NCBI GenBank assembly: GCA_018817165.1
Contig: JAHITY010000114.1
Span: 81,721 to 145,720 of the forward strand
Direction: 5' to 3'
From: Candidatus Omnitrophota bacterium
GTDB lineage: Bacteria > Omnitrophota > Gorgyraeia > B26-G9
Length of the DNA stretch: 64,000 nt
The position numbers were made by a program, and so were the translations under genes. Below are positions 47,716 to 57,213 of this stretch, piece after piece. A model generated the notes under the pieces. That model was not told the DNA's origin. It worked only from the letters and a program-made list of their open reading frames with translations, and searched no databases. Every line of letters begins with the position of its first letter. Position 1 is the stretch's first letter.

Positions 47716-48855
47716 ATGCAGATTATTTTCTGGATTTCATTAATTAGTTTATTCCATGTATATATCGGATATTTAATTATCTGCATTATTGCGGCTAAAT
47801 TATTTAAACAGCCGATAGATAAACAGGAAATTTTCCCCACAGTGACTTTGCTGATTCCGGCTTATAATGAACAGCCGGTGATTAAAGCCAAAATTGAAAA
47901 CAGCCTGGCTTTGGAATATCCCAAAGATAAATTAAAGATTGTGATTGCCTCGGAATCAACGGATAATACCAATCAATTGGTCAGCGAATACTTAGATCAA
48001 GGGATAGTTTTACATGCTTTTGCCCAGCGCCGTGGTAAAAGTCGGATGCTTTATGATGTGGTGGGAAAAACCACAGGAGAAATCATTGTTTTCTCAGACG
48101 CTAACGCGATGTATAAACCGGATGTTATCAGCAAATTGGTGCGAAATTTTAATGATCGCAAAATCGGGGGAGTATTAGGCAGTTTAATTATTACTAATCC
48201 TGATGATTCATCAATCAGCGAAGGTGAATCTGTGTTTAAAAAATATGAATCTATTCTGCGTAAAGCCAATACAGCGGTGCATTCGATTATCGGCGCTGAT
48301 GGAACAATGCTGGCAATCCGGCGGGATTTATATAAGCCGATAAGTCCGGAACGGGGCGATGATTTTGAAATAGCCTTAAGAATCAGGGTACAAGGTTATG
48401 GCATGGTGTTTGAGCCGGAAGCGATTTCTTATGAAAAAGCCTCAGTTGACTTTCAGGCTGAAATTAAACGAAAAAGAAGAATTGTTTCCTGGTTTTGGAA
48501 AAGCGCTTTGATCCTGCTTTCCGAAATGGTTAATCCTTGGCAAGGGTTTTTAATTTTTCAGGTAATATCAAATAAGATCATGCGCTGGCTGTCGCCGGTT
48601 TTTTTAATTGCCCTGTTTGTCAGCAGCTTGAGTTTAGCTCCAGGGAGTATTTTTTATGGTTTATTTTTTCAGCTGCAGGTGTTTTTTTATTGCGTAGCTA
48701 TGCTGGGCGGAATTTTTTCTAAAAAAACAGAAAATAAATTAGAAAAGATACTGCGAATGCCTTTTTTCTTTATTGTGTTTAATTACGCTTTTTTAATTGG
48801 AACGATCGAGGGGCTGTTTTTAAAACAAAAACCTTTTTGGCAAAAAGTACGCTAA
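47716..48855 (+). CDS. GT2 glycosyltransferase (membrane, IcaA/PgaC-like)
   Basis: PTVTLLIPAYNE, RRGK, FSDAN, DDF, RKRR, KIMRWLSP. Confidence 0.88.
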   Translation: MQIIFWISLISLFHVYIGYLIICIIAAKLFKQPIDKQEIFPTVTLLIPAYNEQPVIKAKIENSLALEYPKDKLKIVIASESTDNTNQLVSEYLDQGIVLHAFAQRRGKSRMLYDVVGKTTGEIIVFSDANAMYKPDVISKLVRNFNDRKIGGVLGSLIITNPDDSSISEGESVFKKYESILRKANTAVHSIIGADGTMLAIRRDLYKPISPERGDDFEIALRIRVQGYGMVFEPEAISYEKASVDFQAEIKRKRRIVSWFWKSALILLSEMVNPWQGFLIFQVISNKIMRWLSPVFLIALFVSSLSLAPGSIFYGLFFQLQVFFYCVAMLGGIFSKKTENKLEKILRMPFFFIVFNYAFLIGTIEGLFLKQKPFWQKVR

Positions 48856-48879
48856 ATATAAAAACTAGGAGAATGGATA

Positions 48880-49587
48880 GTGCAAGTAATTTATGATCAA
48901 GCTGATCCTTGGGAATTGTATTTGAAAACCCTTAATCAATGTATTGAACAATATTCCTGCAAAAGTTTGTGTGAAATCGGCGGGGGAGCTTTTCCCGCGA
49001 TTTCTTTAGAGCAAATAAACCGGCAGAAGCTTGATTATACAATTCTCGATATATCGCAGGTCGAGTTAGATCGGGCGCCTCAAGGATACCGGAAACTTTT
49101 AGCGGATATTTGTCAGCCGGATTTAAATATCACTGAGCAGTATGATTTTATTTTTTCTAAAATGCTGGCTGAACATGTTAAGGACCCAGAACTGTTTCAT
49201 TCCAATGTCTATAAATTGCTTAAGCCCGGAGGGATTGCTTTTCATTTTTTTCCGACCTTGCATTCTTTGCCATTTATGATTAATTGGTTATTGCCGGAAT
49301 TTATCGCTAATTTTTTATTTAAACTTTTTGTCTGCAATGATCCAATTGAGCATAAAAGATTTTCTGCGCATTATAAATGGTGTAAAGGTCCGACCAAAAA
49401 GCAGATCAGTAATTTCGAAGGCTTAAATTATGAAATATTGGTTTATCAGGGATTTTTCGGTCACAAATATTATCAGCGGATTCATTTGCTAAGAGATATC
49501 CATAAACTTGTAGTCAAGCTCTTAGCGAGATTTCCTAATCCTTATCTGACCAGCTTTGCTTTTGTGATTCTAAGAAAAAAATCCTAA
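48880..49587 (+). CDS. Class I SAM-dependent methyltransferase
   Basis: CEIGGG, ILDIS, ADI, AEHV.DP, LKPGG. Confidence 0.83.
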   Translation: MQVIYDQADPWELYLKTLNQCIEQYSCKSLCEIGGGAFPAISLEQINRQKLDYTILDISQVELDRAPQGYRKLLADICQPDLNITEQYDFIFSKMLAEHVKDPELFHSNVYKLLKPGGIAFHFFPTLHSLPFMINWLLPEFIANFLFKLFVCNDPIEHKRFSAHYKWCKGPTKKQISNFEGLNYEILVYQGFFGHKYYQRIHLLRDIHKLVVKLLARFPNPYLTSFAFVILRKKS

Positions 49588-49608
49588 GTGCAGCGGATAG
49601 GTTACAAC

Positions 49609-49817
49609 GTAGGGGCCGCGCTTGCCTCGGCCCGTGACAATATAAATTTATCTAACCTCATTCATGGTATTTTGATCATCAACAATTACAATAATGATAT
49701 TAATATTCGGGAGGACGCAAGGCCCTCCCCTACGATTTCTGATATTATCTTTTTCTGGTTATTGTTGTTGTCATTTTATTATTGTTTTATATCGGACAGG
49801 TCGTGACCTGTCCCTAC
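49609..49817. mobile_element. REPIN-like doublet with RAYT remnant (49609-49733) plus extra REP (49794-49817)
   Basis: Inverted homolog of 23720-23881; plus strand reads SNLIHGILII...RPSPTISDII; ggacaggtcgtgacctgtccctac. Confidence 0.75.
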
Positions 49818-49847
49818 AGGATTTTGTTTTTTCATTTTTGCTCGTCT

Positions 49848-50037
49848 TGTCCTAATATAGTTGACACTTTTTAACATAAATAATTTACTTAACCGCCCGC
49901 TTCGCTCGATAAACACTGATTAACACTGTTTAAAACAACTATTTACTCCTTTAAGTACGCTCAATACTTTTTATCTGCGTCCATCTGCGTTCATCTGCGG
50001 TTAATTTATTTTTCTGTCAACCTATTTCAGGATATCA
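49848..50037. mobile_element. Possible MITE bounded by imperfect TG...CA inverted repeats, containing 10-bp tandem repeats
   Basis: tgtcctaatatagttgaca ... tgtcaacctatttcaggatatca; right IR matches 23673-23695 at 22/23; internal (atctgcgNNN)x3 at 49973-50002. Confidence 0.45.
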
Positions 50038-50055
50038 CACTCTATCTCCTATTCG

Positions 50056-51441
50056 CTAATCGCTATTTACAATTCGAAGCACTGCGGCGGCAACATTTCT
50101 GGCGATTACTTCATAGCCGGAAGCGGTGCAGTGCCGGTCAAATTCCGAGACAAAAAATTCCCGGGGGGAGTGTTCTTGGAGTAGATCATAAAAAGTTAGG
50201 CTATTGTCGACTAAAGGAATATTATATTTTTCTGCCACGGTTTTCATGTCTTCCAATAAGATCGAGGGATAGCTGGAAAAAATTAAATCGATCTTTTCTT
50301 GTTCGCAGAGTTTTGCGGCTTTTTCATAATTAAGGTATCGGAGTTCCGAAATATTGATTATTCTTTCGCTGATTTTTTTTGAAAAGTTTTTCCAAAATGA
50401 TTGGGGTTTATTCTTTGGATTATAAGCCGCTTTGCTCTGGACATAATAACTTTCTAATAAGTCAAGCTCGGACTTACTCAGACTATTAATATCCAGAGTT
50501 TTTGTTTGGCTGTTGGCGATTTTTTTTGCTAGATTACTGGAAAAAAACGGTTCGCCGAGAATAGAATAAACATAGCATAATCTTTGGATTAAATACATAT
50601 TGTCGGGAAAGCGATTTTTTAGTCTTAAGAGTAAAGAAAATTCTTCCGGGATGTTTTTGTGTTTTATGAATAAGTCAGTTAATTCCCTGTGAATGATTTT
50701 ACTTTCTGGGTTTTGAACAAACGCTTTTTCAAGAGTTAGTCCGGCGGCTTGGTAATCTTTGGTTAATTTTTGACAGCGCCCCAATTCAAGCAGAGCAATA
50801 GGATCCTGCGGATTAATCATCAGCGCTTGTTCATAATACGCCTGAGCTTGATTGTACTTTTTTGCGTCTCTTAACTGATTGGCAGTTTTAATGATTGAAG
50901 GGATATCCGAGCCAGGGGCGATCGGAGTCTTTAAATTATAAGCAATAAGGTCAATCAGTTTGAAAAATTTAAGATTTAGGCTAAAGGGGTTTAATTCCTG
51001 GATTGATTTAGAAAATCTGAACTTGCAATATCTGGGCAAGGACCAGGTATCATTTATTCCGCTCAAGATAATAACAATGTCCGGCTGAAATTCTTTGACT
51101 GCTTTGTCTAATTTAATTAATGTTTGACTTAAGGTTTCTCCGGGTATGCCTAGATTTTTCACCAGAAAAATTTTGTTTTGCCTGCTTTGATTCAATATCT
51201 TTTCCATTTGCGCTGGGTAGCTGTTTTCCCTACTCGCGCCCAGGCCATAAGTAAACGAATCACCCAAGCAGATGATTTTACAGACATTTTCCGTGTTTTC
51301 GCTGTTTGCTGCTTGATTTCTTTGGTTGGGAGAAGAAGCAATCGGATTAAATAGATTAAGACATATTTCCACAAAAACAATAGCCAGCGCTATGCCAAAC
51401 AGGATTAAACCTAAAATAGATTTTTGAACTTTTTTTTTCAT
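50056..51441 (-). CDS. SGNH/GDSL hydrolase-family protein with inserted TPR region
   Basis: N-terminal TM, CLGDSFTYG, NLGIPG, GIND, TPR-like helices, C-terminal DRHCT..GY. Confidence 0.82.
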   Translation of the reverse strand: MKKKVQKSILGLILFGIALAIVFVEICLNLFNPIASSPNQRNQAANSENTENVCKIICLGDSFTYGLGASRENSYPAQMEKILNQSRQNKIFLVKNLGIPGETLSQTLIKLDKAVKEFQPDIVIILSGINDTWSLPRYCKFRFSKSIQELNPFSLNLKFFKLIDLIAYNLKTPIAPGSDIPSIIKTANQLRDAKKYNQAQAYYEQALMINPQDPIALLELGRCQKLTKDYQAAGLTLEKAFVQNPESKIIHRELTDLFIKHKNIPEEFSLLLRLKNRFPDNMYLIQRLCYVYSILGEPFFSSNLAKKIANSQTKTLDINSLSKSELDLLESYYVQSKAAYNPKNKPQSFWKNFSKKISERIINISELRYLNYEKAAKLCEQEKIDLIFSSYPSILLEDMKTVAEKYNIPLVDNSLTFYDLLQEHSPREFFVSEFDRHCTASGYEVIARNVAAAVLRIVNSD

Positions 51442-51679
51442 AATTTTTTCATAAAACAGCTTTAGATTATTAAGCTAAGTGATGGATAATAGAAGATTTA
51501 TGCTTAATTATTCAGGAATGGTAAATCAACTAAAGCATTAAAAATTCTCAAGCATAGCCAATTTTCAGTTTTTATTTGATTTAAACCAATAGCTGATATG
51601 CTTTGATTATATTTTCCCTACTGGTTTTAGTCAATAATAATTTGCTTTTTTAAGCTTTCTATATTATAATTATCTAACT

Positions 51680-52144
51680 ATGCAGCTAAAAGACACGAAT
51701 TTTTTTGAAGAGGTTATCAGTAATAGAATTATCTGGGCTTCGTTTTGCTCTTGGGGAATAGCTCAAAGCATTAAAATCATTACCGGCGTGATCAAGGAAA
51801 AGCGGTTTGATTTCCGATGGTTGATGAGTACAGGAGGGATGCCTAGCGCCCATTCCGCGGGAGTCAGCTCTTTGGCCACTGCCGTAGGGATGTATTCTGG
51901 TTTTGATACAGTTGTTTTTGCGATTACCGCGATTATTGCTTTGATCATCATGTTTGATGCGCAAGGATTGCGTCGGATGACTGGCCGTCAAGCTGTAGCC
52001 TTGAATAAACTTATGGAAGACATTTATTATAAACATGAAGTAAAGCCTGAGCGATTAATGGAATTGATTGGACATACACCTGTGGAGGTATTTGTCGGGG
52101 CATTACTGGGGATTATGGTTGCTATTTTTGTAGTGACTTTGTAA
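51680..52144 (+). CDS. Divergent PAP2 family protein (DUF212)
   Basis: AQSIK, GGMPSAHSA, MFDAQGLRR..GRQA..LN, ELIGHTP.EV. Confidence 0.9.
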   Translation: MQLKDTNFFEEVISNRIIWASFCSWGIAQSIKIITGVIKEKRFDFRWLMSTGGMPSAHSAGVSSLATAVGMYSGFDTVVFAITAIIALIIMFDAQGLRRMTGRQAVALNKLMEDIYYKHEVKPERLMELIGHTPVEVFVGALLGIMVAIFVVTL

Positions 52145-52154
52145 GGGGGTTGGA

Positions 52155-53108
52155 ATGAGAAGAAACTTTATTATCGGAATACTTATTGTTTTGGCAATAT
52201 TTTTTATAATGAAAATGGGACATTCTAAGAAACAAGCAGGATCAGGAGCAGAAGTAGAAGTAGAAGCAAAAGCAGAAGCAAAAGTTAGTTCGCCTTTGCC
52301 AGAATCAGAAATTGCTTTAAATATGGCTTTAGAAATAAAAACCAATAATCCAGAACAGGCGGTAGAGGCATTGGATAAAGTTATTGCTGATTTCCCGCAA
52401 ACTATAGAAGCGGAAAAAGCAATTATAACTATTGCTGATATTTATAATAAAGGCCAGGATACTGATATGGAAAAGCAGGCTTTAAATCGCTTGATCGAAC
52501 AGTATCCGAATAGTGAATTAAAGGAAAAAGCTTTAGACAGAGTAGCAACGATTAATTTGGACAGCTTTTTTTCCCGCGCGCCGACTGCGAATAGTATTAT
52601 TTATGAAGTGCAGCCAGGGGATTCATTGTATAAAATAGCTAAACAATATCATACTAATGTGGAATTAATTCAGAAAACGAATAATTTGAATAGTTCCTTG
52701 ATTAAGCCAGGGATGAAATTAAAAGTCATAACTTCAGTTTTTTCCTTGTTTGTGAGCAAGACAGATTGTTTGATGACTTTAAAGGCTGATGGCGAACTGG
52801 TTAAAGTTTACAAAATCGGGATCGGCCGGGATAATTCTACTCCGGTTGGCCAATTTAAAATTGTAAATCGGATTATTAGTCCGGTTTGGTATAAAACCGG
52901 AGCAATTGTTCCGGCAGGCAGCGCGGAAAATATTTTGGGAACTCGTTGGCTGGGATTATCCGAGCCAGGCTATGGGATTCATGGAACAGTCGATAATCAG
53001 CCGATTCAGCAACAGAAGACTCAGGGTTGCGTGCGGATGATGAATGATCAAGTCGAAGAATTATTTGTAATTGTTCCAGTAGGAACAGAGATTGTTATTG
53101 TTGATTAA
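52155..53108 (+). CDS. L,D-transpeptidase (YkuD) with TPR-like and LysM domains
   Basis: YEVQPGDSLYKIA (LysM), TPVG.F, GYGIHGT...TQGCVRM. Confidence 0.9.
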   Translation: MRRNFIIGILIVLAIFFIMKMGHSKKQAGSGAEVEVEAKAEAKVSSPLPESEIALNMALEIKTNNPEQAVEALDKVIADFPQTIEAEKAIITIADIYNKGQDTDMEKQALNRLIEQYPNSELKEKALDRVATINLDSFFSRAPTANSIIYEVQPGDSLYKIAKQYHTNVELIQKTNNLNSSLIKPGMKLKVITSVFSLFVSKTDCLMTLKADGELVKVYKIGIGRDNSTPVGQFKIVNRIISPVWYKTGAIVPAGSAENILGTRWLGLSEPGYGIHGTVDNQPIQQQKTQGCVRMMNDQVEELFVIVPVGTEIVIVD

Positions 53109-53148
53109 TTGAAAAGCAATTTAACCTTATTTAGCTTTATAAGTTAAG

Positions 53149-53264
53149 ATGATTCCCGAATCAGCAGCTAGCCGCTGCTTCTCGGGCAAAATTCCCCGCC
53201 ATAGAACAGCGGGACAAGCGCGCTGGTTGACTTGACGTCGCTAAAAGCGCTTCGTAAGTCAAGC
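53149..53264. repeat. Structured repeat in the accA leader (three hairpins)
   Basis: cccga..agcagc-tagcc-gctgct..tcggg; cccgc..gcggg; ttgactt..aagtcaa; homolog at 47379-47466. Confidence 0.6.
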
Positions 53265-53285
53265 GTTTATTTAAGGAAAATAAAT

Positions 53286-54242
53286 ATGAGCGGAACCGGA
53301 TTAGAATTTGAAAAACCAATAGTAGAGCTTGAACAGAAAATCCTGGAATTGCGGAATTTTTCCGATAATCGAAAAATTGATCTTTCCGATGAGATTGTAA
53401 AGTTTGAGGAAAAACTGAAAAAACTAAAGGAAGATATCTATGGCAATCTCAGCGCTTGGCAAAAAGTGCAGATTGCCCGGCATCCGAAACGTCCTTATAC
53501 TAAAGATTATATTAATTTGATTATGACTGATTTTATTGAATTGCACGGAGATCAGTTGTTTGGCGATGATCAGGCGATACTTTGTGGTTTGGCGAAAATC
53601 GACGGTCAGAAAGTCATGGTGATCGGACATCAAAAAGGCCGGGATACAAAAGAAAATCTTAAACGCAGTTTTGGCTGCGCTCATCCGGAAGGATATCGCA
53701 AGGCTTTGCGTTTGATGCGTTTGGCTGAGAGATTCAATGTGCCGATTATAACTTTTATTGATACGCCGGGAGCTTATCCGGGAATAGACGCTGAAGAGCG
53801 AGGACAAGCCAATGCGATCGCGGTTAATATTCGTGAGATGTCGCAATTTAAAGTGCCGATAATTATTGTGATCATTGGCGAAGGCGGGTCTGGCGGGGCA
53901 TTAGGGATTGGCGTTGGCGATCGGGTTTGCATGTTTGAAAATTCATATTATTCGGTAATTTCTCCAGAAGGCTGTGCCGCGATTCTTTGGCGTAATCGGG
54001 CTAATGCTCCGGAAGCAGCAGCAGCGCTGAAAATTACCGCGGATGATTTGACTAAATTGAAAATTGTTGATGAGGTTATTCCCGAGCCATTGGGTGGGGC
54101 GCATCGTGCTCCGAGTATTGCCGCGGCAGCCTTAAAAACATCGCTTAAGAAAAATCTCAAAGAATTGTTAAAACTGCCGATTGAACAGCTGGTGGAAAAA
54201 CGTTATGAAAAATTCAGAAATATGGGAACGTGGAACGAATAA
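53286..54242 (+). CDS. accA: Acetyl-CoA carboxylase carboxyltransferase alpha subunit
   Basis: LEFEKPI, ARHPKRP, PEGYRKA, DTPGAYPG..AEERGQ, GEGGSGGA; ATG 53286 preferred. Confidence 0.97.
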   Translation: MSGTGLEFEKPIVELEQKILELRNFSDNRKIDLSDEIVKFEEKLKKLKEDIYGNLSAWQKVQIARHPKRPYTKDYINLIMTDFIELHGDQLFGDDQAILCGLAKIDGQKVMVIGHQKGRDTKENLKRSFGCAHPEGYRKALRLMRLAERFNVPIITFIDTPGAYPGIDAEERGQANAIAVNIREMSQFKVPIIIVIIGEGGSGGALGIGVGDRVCMFENSYYSVISPEGCAAILWRNRANAPEAAAALKITADDLTKLKIVDEVIPEPLGGAHRAPSIAAAALKTSLKKNLKELLKLPIEQLVEKRYEKFRNMGTWNE

Positions 54243-54265
54243 ATTTTAATTAACCGGAGGTTGAA

Positions 54266-54868
54266 ATGAAAAAATCAGTAGCTTGGCATTTAACGCAAAA
54301 AGAGTTTATCTCTGATCAAGTATTTATAAAATCTATAGGGATCATTACTTTTTTATTATTAATTACTTTAGGAGCATTTGTTTATATTCCTTTGCCGTTT
54401 ACTCCGATTCCGATGACTTTGCAGACATTTTTTGTATTGTTATCCGCTGCTTTTTTAGCTAAAAAAGACGGAGCTTTTGTTCAGAGTTTATACGCGGGAC
54501 TTGGGGCGATGGGATTGCCGATTTTCAGCGCGGCTCAGGGCGGCTTATTGAAATTATTCGGACCAACCGGAGGCTATATAGTTGGTTTTATTGCCGCTGT
54601 ATTTGCTTTAAAGCAGATGCTTAATTATTTCAGCAAAAAAAGTTTGAAACTGACTTTTCCGCAGGTTGTAATATCGATGACAACTGCGATGTTAGTGATT
54701 TATGTTTGCGGTGGCTTATGGCTTGCGATTTCTTTAAAGTTTACATTCAGCCAGATTATTATGCTGGGAATTGTTCCGTTTATTCCCGGGGAAGTAATTA
54801 AAGTATTATTGGCTTCTACGATTTATTACAAATCAAATGAAAGATTGAAAAATATTTTTCAAAATTAA
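54266..54868 (+). CDS. bioY: Biotin transporter BioY
   Basis: PIPMTLQ, GAMGLPIF, GPTGGYIVGF, PFIPGE..K. Confidence 0.92.
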   Translation: MKKSVAWHLTQKEFISDQVFIKSIGIITFLLLITLGAFVYIPLPFTPIPMTLQTFFVLLSAAFLAKKDGAFVQSLYAGLGAMGLPIFSAAQGGLLKLFGPTGGYIVGFIAAVFALKQMLNYFSKKSLKLTFPQVVISMTTAMLVIYVCGGLWLAISLKFTFSQIIMLGIVPFIPGEVIKVLLASTIYYKSNERLKNIFQN

Positions 54869-54882
54869 AATATAGCTGAATT

Positions 54883-54916
54883 AAAAAAGCGGATCTTAAC
54901 CGATCCGCTTTTTTTT
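54883..54916. terminator. Intrinsic terminator (bidirectional)
   Basis: aaaaaagcggatc-ttaacc-gatccgctttttttt. Confidence 0.85.
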
Positions 54917-55103
54917 GTTTCTAAAATTATTGTTATTTAGCTATGTTGACTAAACAGCTTATTTCTCTGGCGGTCCGGAATCAATTATTTTGGCTCATTC
55001 TCGTCCCGCATCGTGCGGGACTCCGAGGATGAATCTCTGATTTTGCCAGTCCTATCAAAATCAGGCTTCAAACCCGCTAAAATAATTATTTCTGCCCTCT
55101 ATA

Positions 55104-55197
55104 GTAGGGGCGCTGCTTGCCTGCGCCCGCTTATTAATAATTTCACCTATTTAATTAATTGTATATTATTCCGGGCCGGGGCAAGCGCGGCCCCTAC
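55104..55197. repeat. 94-bp REPIN-like doublet followed by tgtgacct-type tandem repeats
   Basis: Same termini as the 44184 element, more diverged spacer. Confidence 0.88.
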
Positions 55198-55243
55198 GTT
55201 GCAACCTGTGTCCTTGTGACGTGTGACCTTGTGACCTGGTGTC

Positions 55244-55429
55244 CTAAAATAAGGTATAAATAAACGGTACTGCTGCCGGATTGCTCGCGGTGAAAATAAT
55301 CAGACCCCCAATTAAAATCAGAACAATGAAAAACGGGGTGAGCCACCAGATCTTATTTTCCCAAAGAAATTGCAGCAATTCATTGATTATTTTAAAGCGC
55401 TGTTTTAAAATATTAAATATTTTTTTCAT
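55244..55429 (-). CDS. Small membrane protein, SxtK/DUF5989-like
   Basis: FLWENKIWWLTP...PFIYTLF; overlaps the carbamoyltransferase stop. Confidence 0.82.
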   Translation of the reverse strand: MKKIFNILKQRFKIINELLQFLWENKIWWLTPFFIVLILIGGLIIFTASNPAAVPFIYTLF

Positions 55430-57213
55430 GATTTTTTTTCATCCTTATATATAATATAATCGCCTAAAACCAAAAGGTCAATACCGCTGCGGATAAAAGT
55501 ATTATACGCGTTTTCCGGAGTATTGACAACCGGTTCGCCTTTTAAATTAAACGATGTGTTTAAGAGCACTGGTATTCCAGTTTTTTGGGCAAAAGCACTT
55601 ACTAAATCATAATATAAAGGATTTGTTTCGCGGTTGATAGTTTGGACTCTACCGGTTCCTTGATGATTAACCGCGGGAATAACTTTTCTCTTCTCAGGCT
55701 TAATTGCTAAAACCAAAAGCATAAAACGCAAAGGGTATTGATTGGGATTTTTTATCTCAAAATAATTTTCTAATTCGCTTTCCAGAATTACCGGAGCAAA
55801 AGGGCGAAAAGGCTCGCGGAATTTAATTTTCGCGTTAACGATCTCCTTCATTTTCTCATTGCGCGGATCAGCAATAATCGAGCGATTGCCCAAAGCACGG
55901 GGGCCCCATTCAAATCTGCCTTGAAACCAGCTGATGATCTTGCCATCAGCAATGGCTTGAGCGCAGGTATCAATCAATTGCTCTTTAGCCGTAAATTTTT
56001 TTGCGGAAATATTATTTTCATTTAGGAAATCAGCTATTTCCTGATTTGAATATTCCTGTCCTAAATAAGCATTATCCATAACATATTCTCTTTTTTGATC
56101 AAGAACTGTATGATATACATATAAAGCCGCGCCAATTGCCGCTCCTGAGTCTCCGGGAGCCGGTTGAATATATATCTGTTCAAATGGCCCATCTTGCAAA
56201 ATACGGCCATTTGCCGTTGAATTTAAGGCTACTCCGCCGGCAATGCATAGCTGTTTAAGGCCGGTTTGTTGAGCGAGAAATTCAATTTGTTTTAAAATGA
56301 TCTGTTCAATTACTTGCTGAATACTTGCGGCAATATCGGCAAAGTATTGATTCTTAATGCAAAGCTCGGCATAATCAAGGGGTTTTTCGCCAAAATAAGC
56401 GGGGTATTCAAACTGATCAGTGAAAAAATCACTGTTTACCGCGCGGCTTGGGCCAAATAAAGTTTCCAGTTTTTTGCTAAAGCTTTTTTTAGAAGAATGC
56501 TGAAAACTGAAATAATCCAGGTTTAAAGCAAATGATCCGTCATCAGCAATCTGCAGTACCTTTTCTTTGATTTTATCCGCGAAGCAAGGTTGGCCATAAG
56601 CAGCCATGCCCATGACTTTATACTCGCCTTCATTGACTTCAAATCCCAGATAAGCCGTAAACGCGCTGTATAAAAGCCCTAAAGAGTGAGGGAAGTTAAT
56701 TTGTTTGAATAGTTTGATATCATTTTCTTGGCCAATGCCTAATGTTCCGGTGGCCCATTCGCCAACACCGTCAATGGTCAGAATTGCCGCTTGTTTAAAT
56801 GGACTAAGCAGAAAAGCACTGGCAGCATGCGCAAGGTGATGCTCGGTAAATAGAATCTTATCCGGGGAAATATTAAATTTTCCTTGGATCGTGCTTTTGA
56901 TCCAGAGTTTTTTAGTCAGCCATTTTTTCATTACCTGTCCAAATACCGCGCAAGACAAAGGATAGCTACTGACAATTGTTTTCATGATCCGATCTAATTT
57001 ACGAAATGGTTTTTCATAAAAAACCACATAATCAATATCCTGGCTTGATATCCCGGCATGGGCCAAACAAAATTCAATTGCTAAATTAGGAAAATTCGAA
57101 TCATGCTTTTTCCGGCTAAAGCGTTCTTCTTCAGCCGCCGCGATGATTTTTCCGTTTTTAAGCAAAGCCGCGGCAGAATCATGATAATAGCAGGAGATAC
57201 CTAAGATATACAT
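55426..57213 (-). CDS. O-carbamoyltransferase (NodU/CmcH family)
   Basis: GISCYYHDSAA, EEERFSRKKH, HHLAHA, DGVGE, EYKVMG, GGVALN, GPRALGNRS, FRPFAP, LNTSFN. Confidence 0.95.
   Translation of the reverse strand: MYILGISCYYHDSAAALLKNGKIIAAAEEERFSRKKHDSNFPNLAIEFCLAHAGISSQDIDYVVFYEKPFRKLDRIMKTIVSSYPLSCAVFGQVMKKWLTKKLWIKSTIQGKFNISPDKILFTEHHLAHAASAFLLSPFKQAAILTIDGVGEWATGTLGIGQENDIKLFKQINFPHSLGLLYSAFTAYLGFEVNEGEYKVMGMAAYGQPCFADKIKEKVLQIADDGSFALNLDYFSFQHSSKKSFSKKLETLFGPSRAVNSDFFTDQFEYPAYFGEKPLDYAELCIKNQYFADIAASIQQVIEQIILKQIEFLAQQTGLKQLCIAGGVALNSTANGRILQDGPFEQIYIQPAPGDSGAAIGAALYVYHTVLDQKREYVMDNAYLGQEYSNQEIADFLNENNISAKKFTAKEQLIDTCAQAIADGKIISWFQGRFEWGPRALGNRSIIADPRNEKMKEIVNAKIKFREPFRPFAPVILESELENYFEIKNPNQYPLRFMLLVLAIKPEKRKVIPAVNHQGTGRVQTINRETNPLYYDLVSAFAQKTGIPVLLNTSFNLKGEPVVNTPENAYNTFIRSGIDLLVLGDYIIYKDEKKS

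Noticed and set aside
47559-47747. Short ORFs over repeats (also 49588-49806, 55013-55219, 57702-57917)
   Set aside because: They read through REP palindromes (VGALLACAR, GASAAPT) or are antisense to a real gene
52244-52285. gcagaagtagaagtagaagcaaaagcagaagcaaaa 6-bp periodic repeat
   Set aside because: In-frame low-complexity linker (AEVEVEAKAEAK) of the L,D-transpeptidase; the unit is a multiple of 3, so it is not a phase-variation switch
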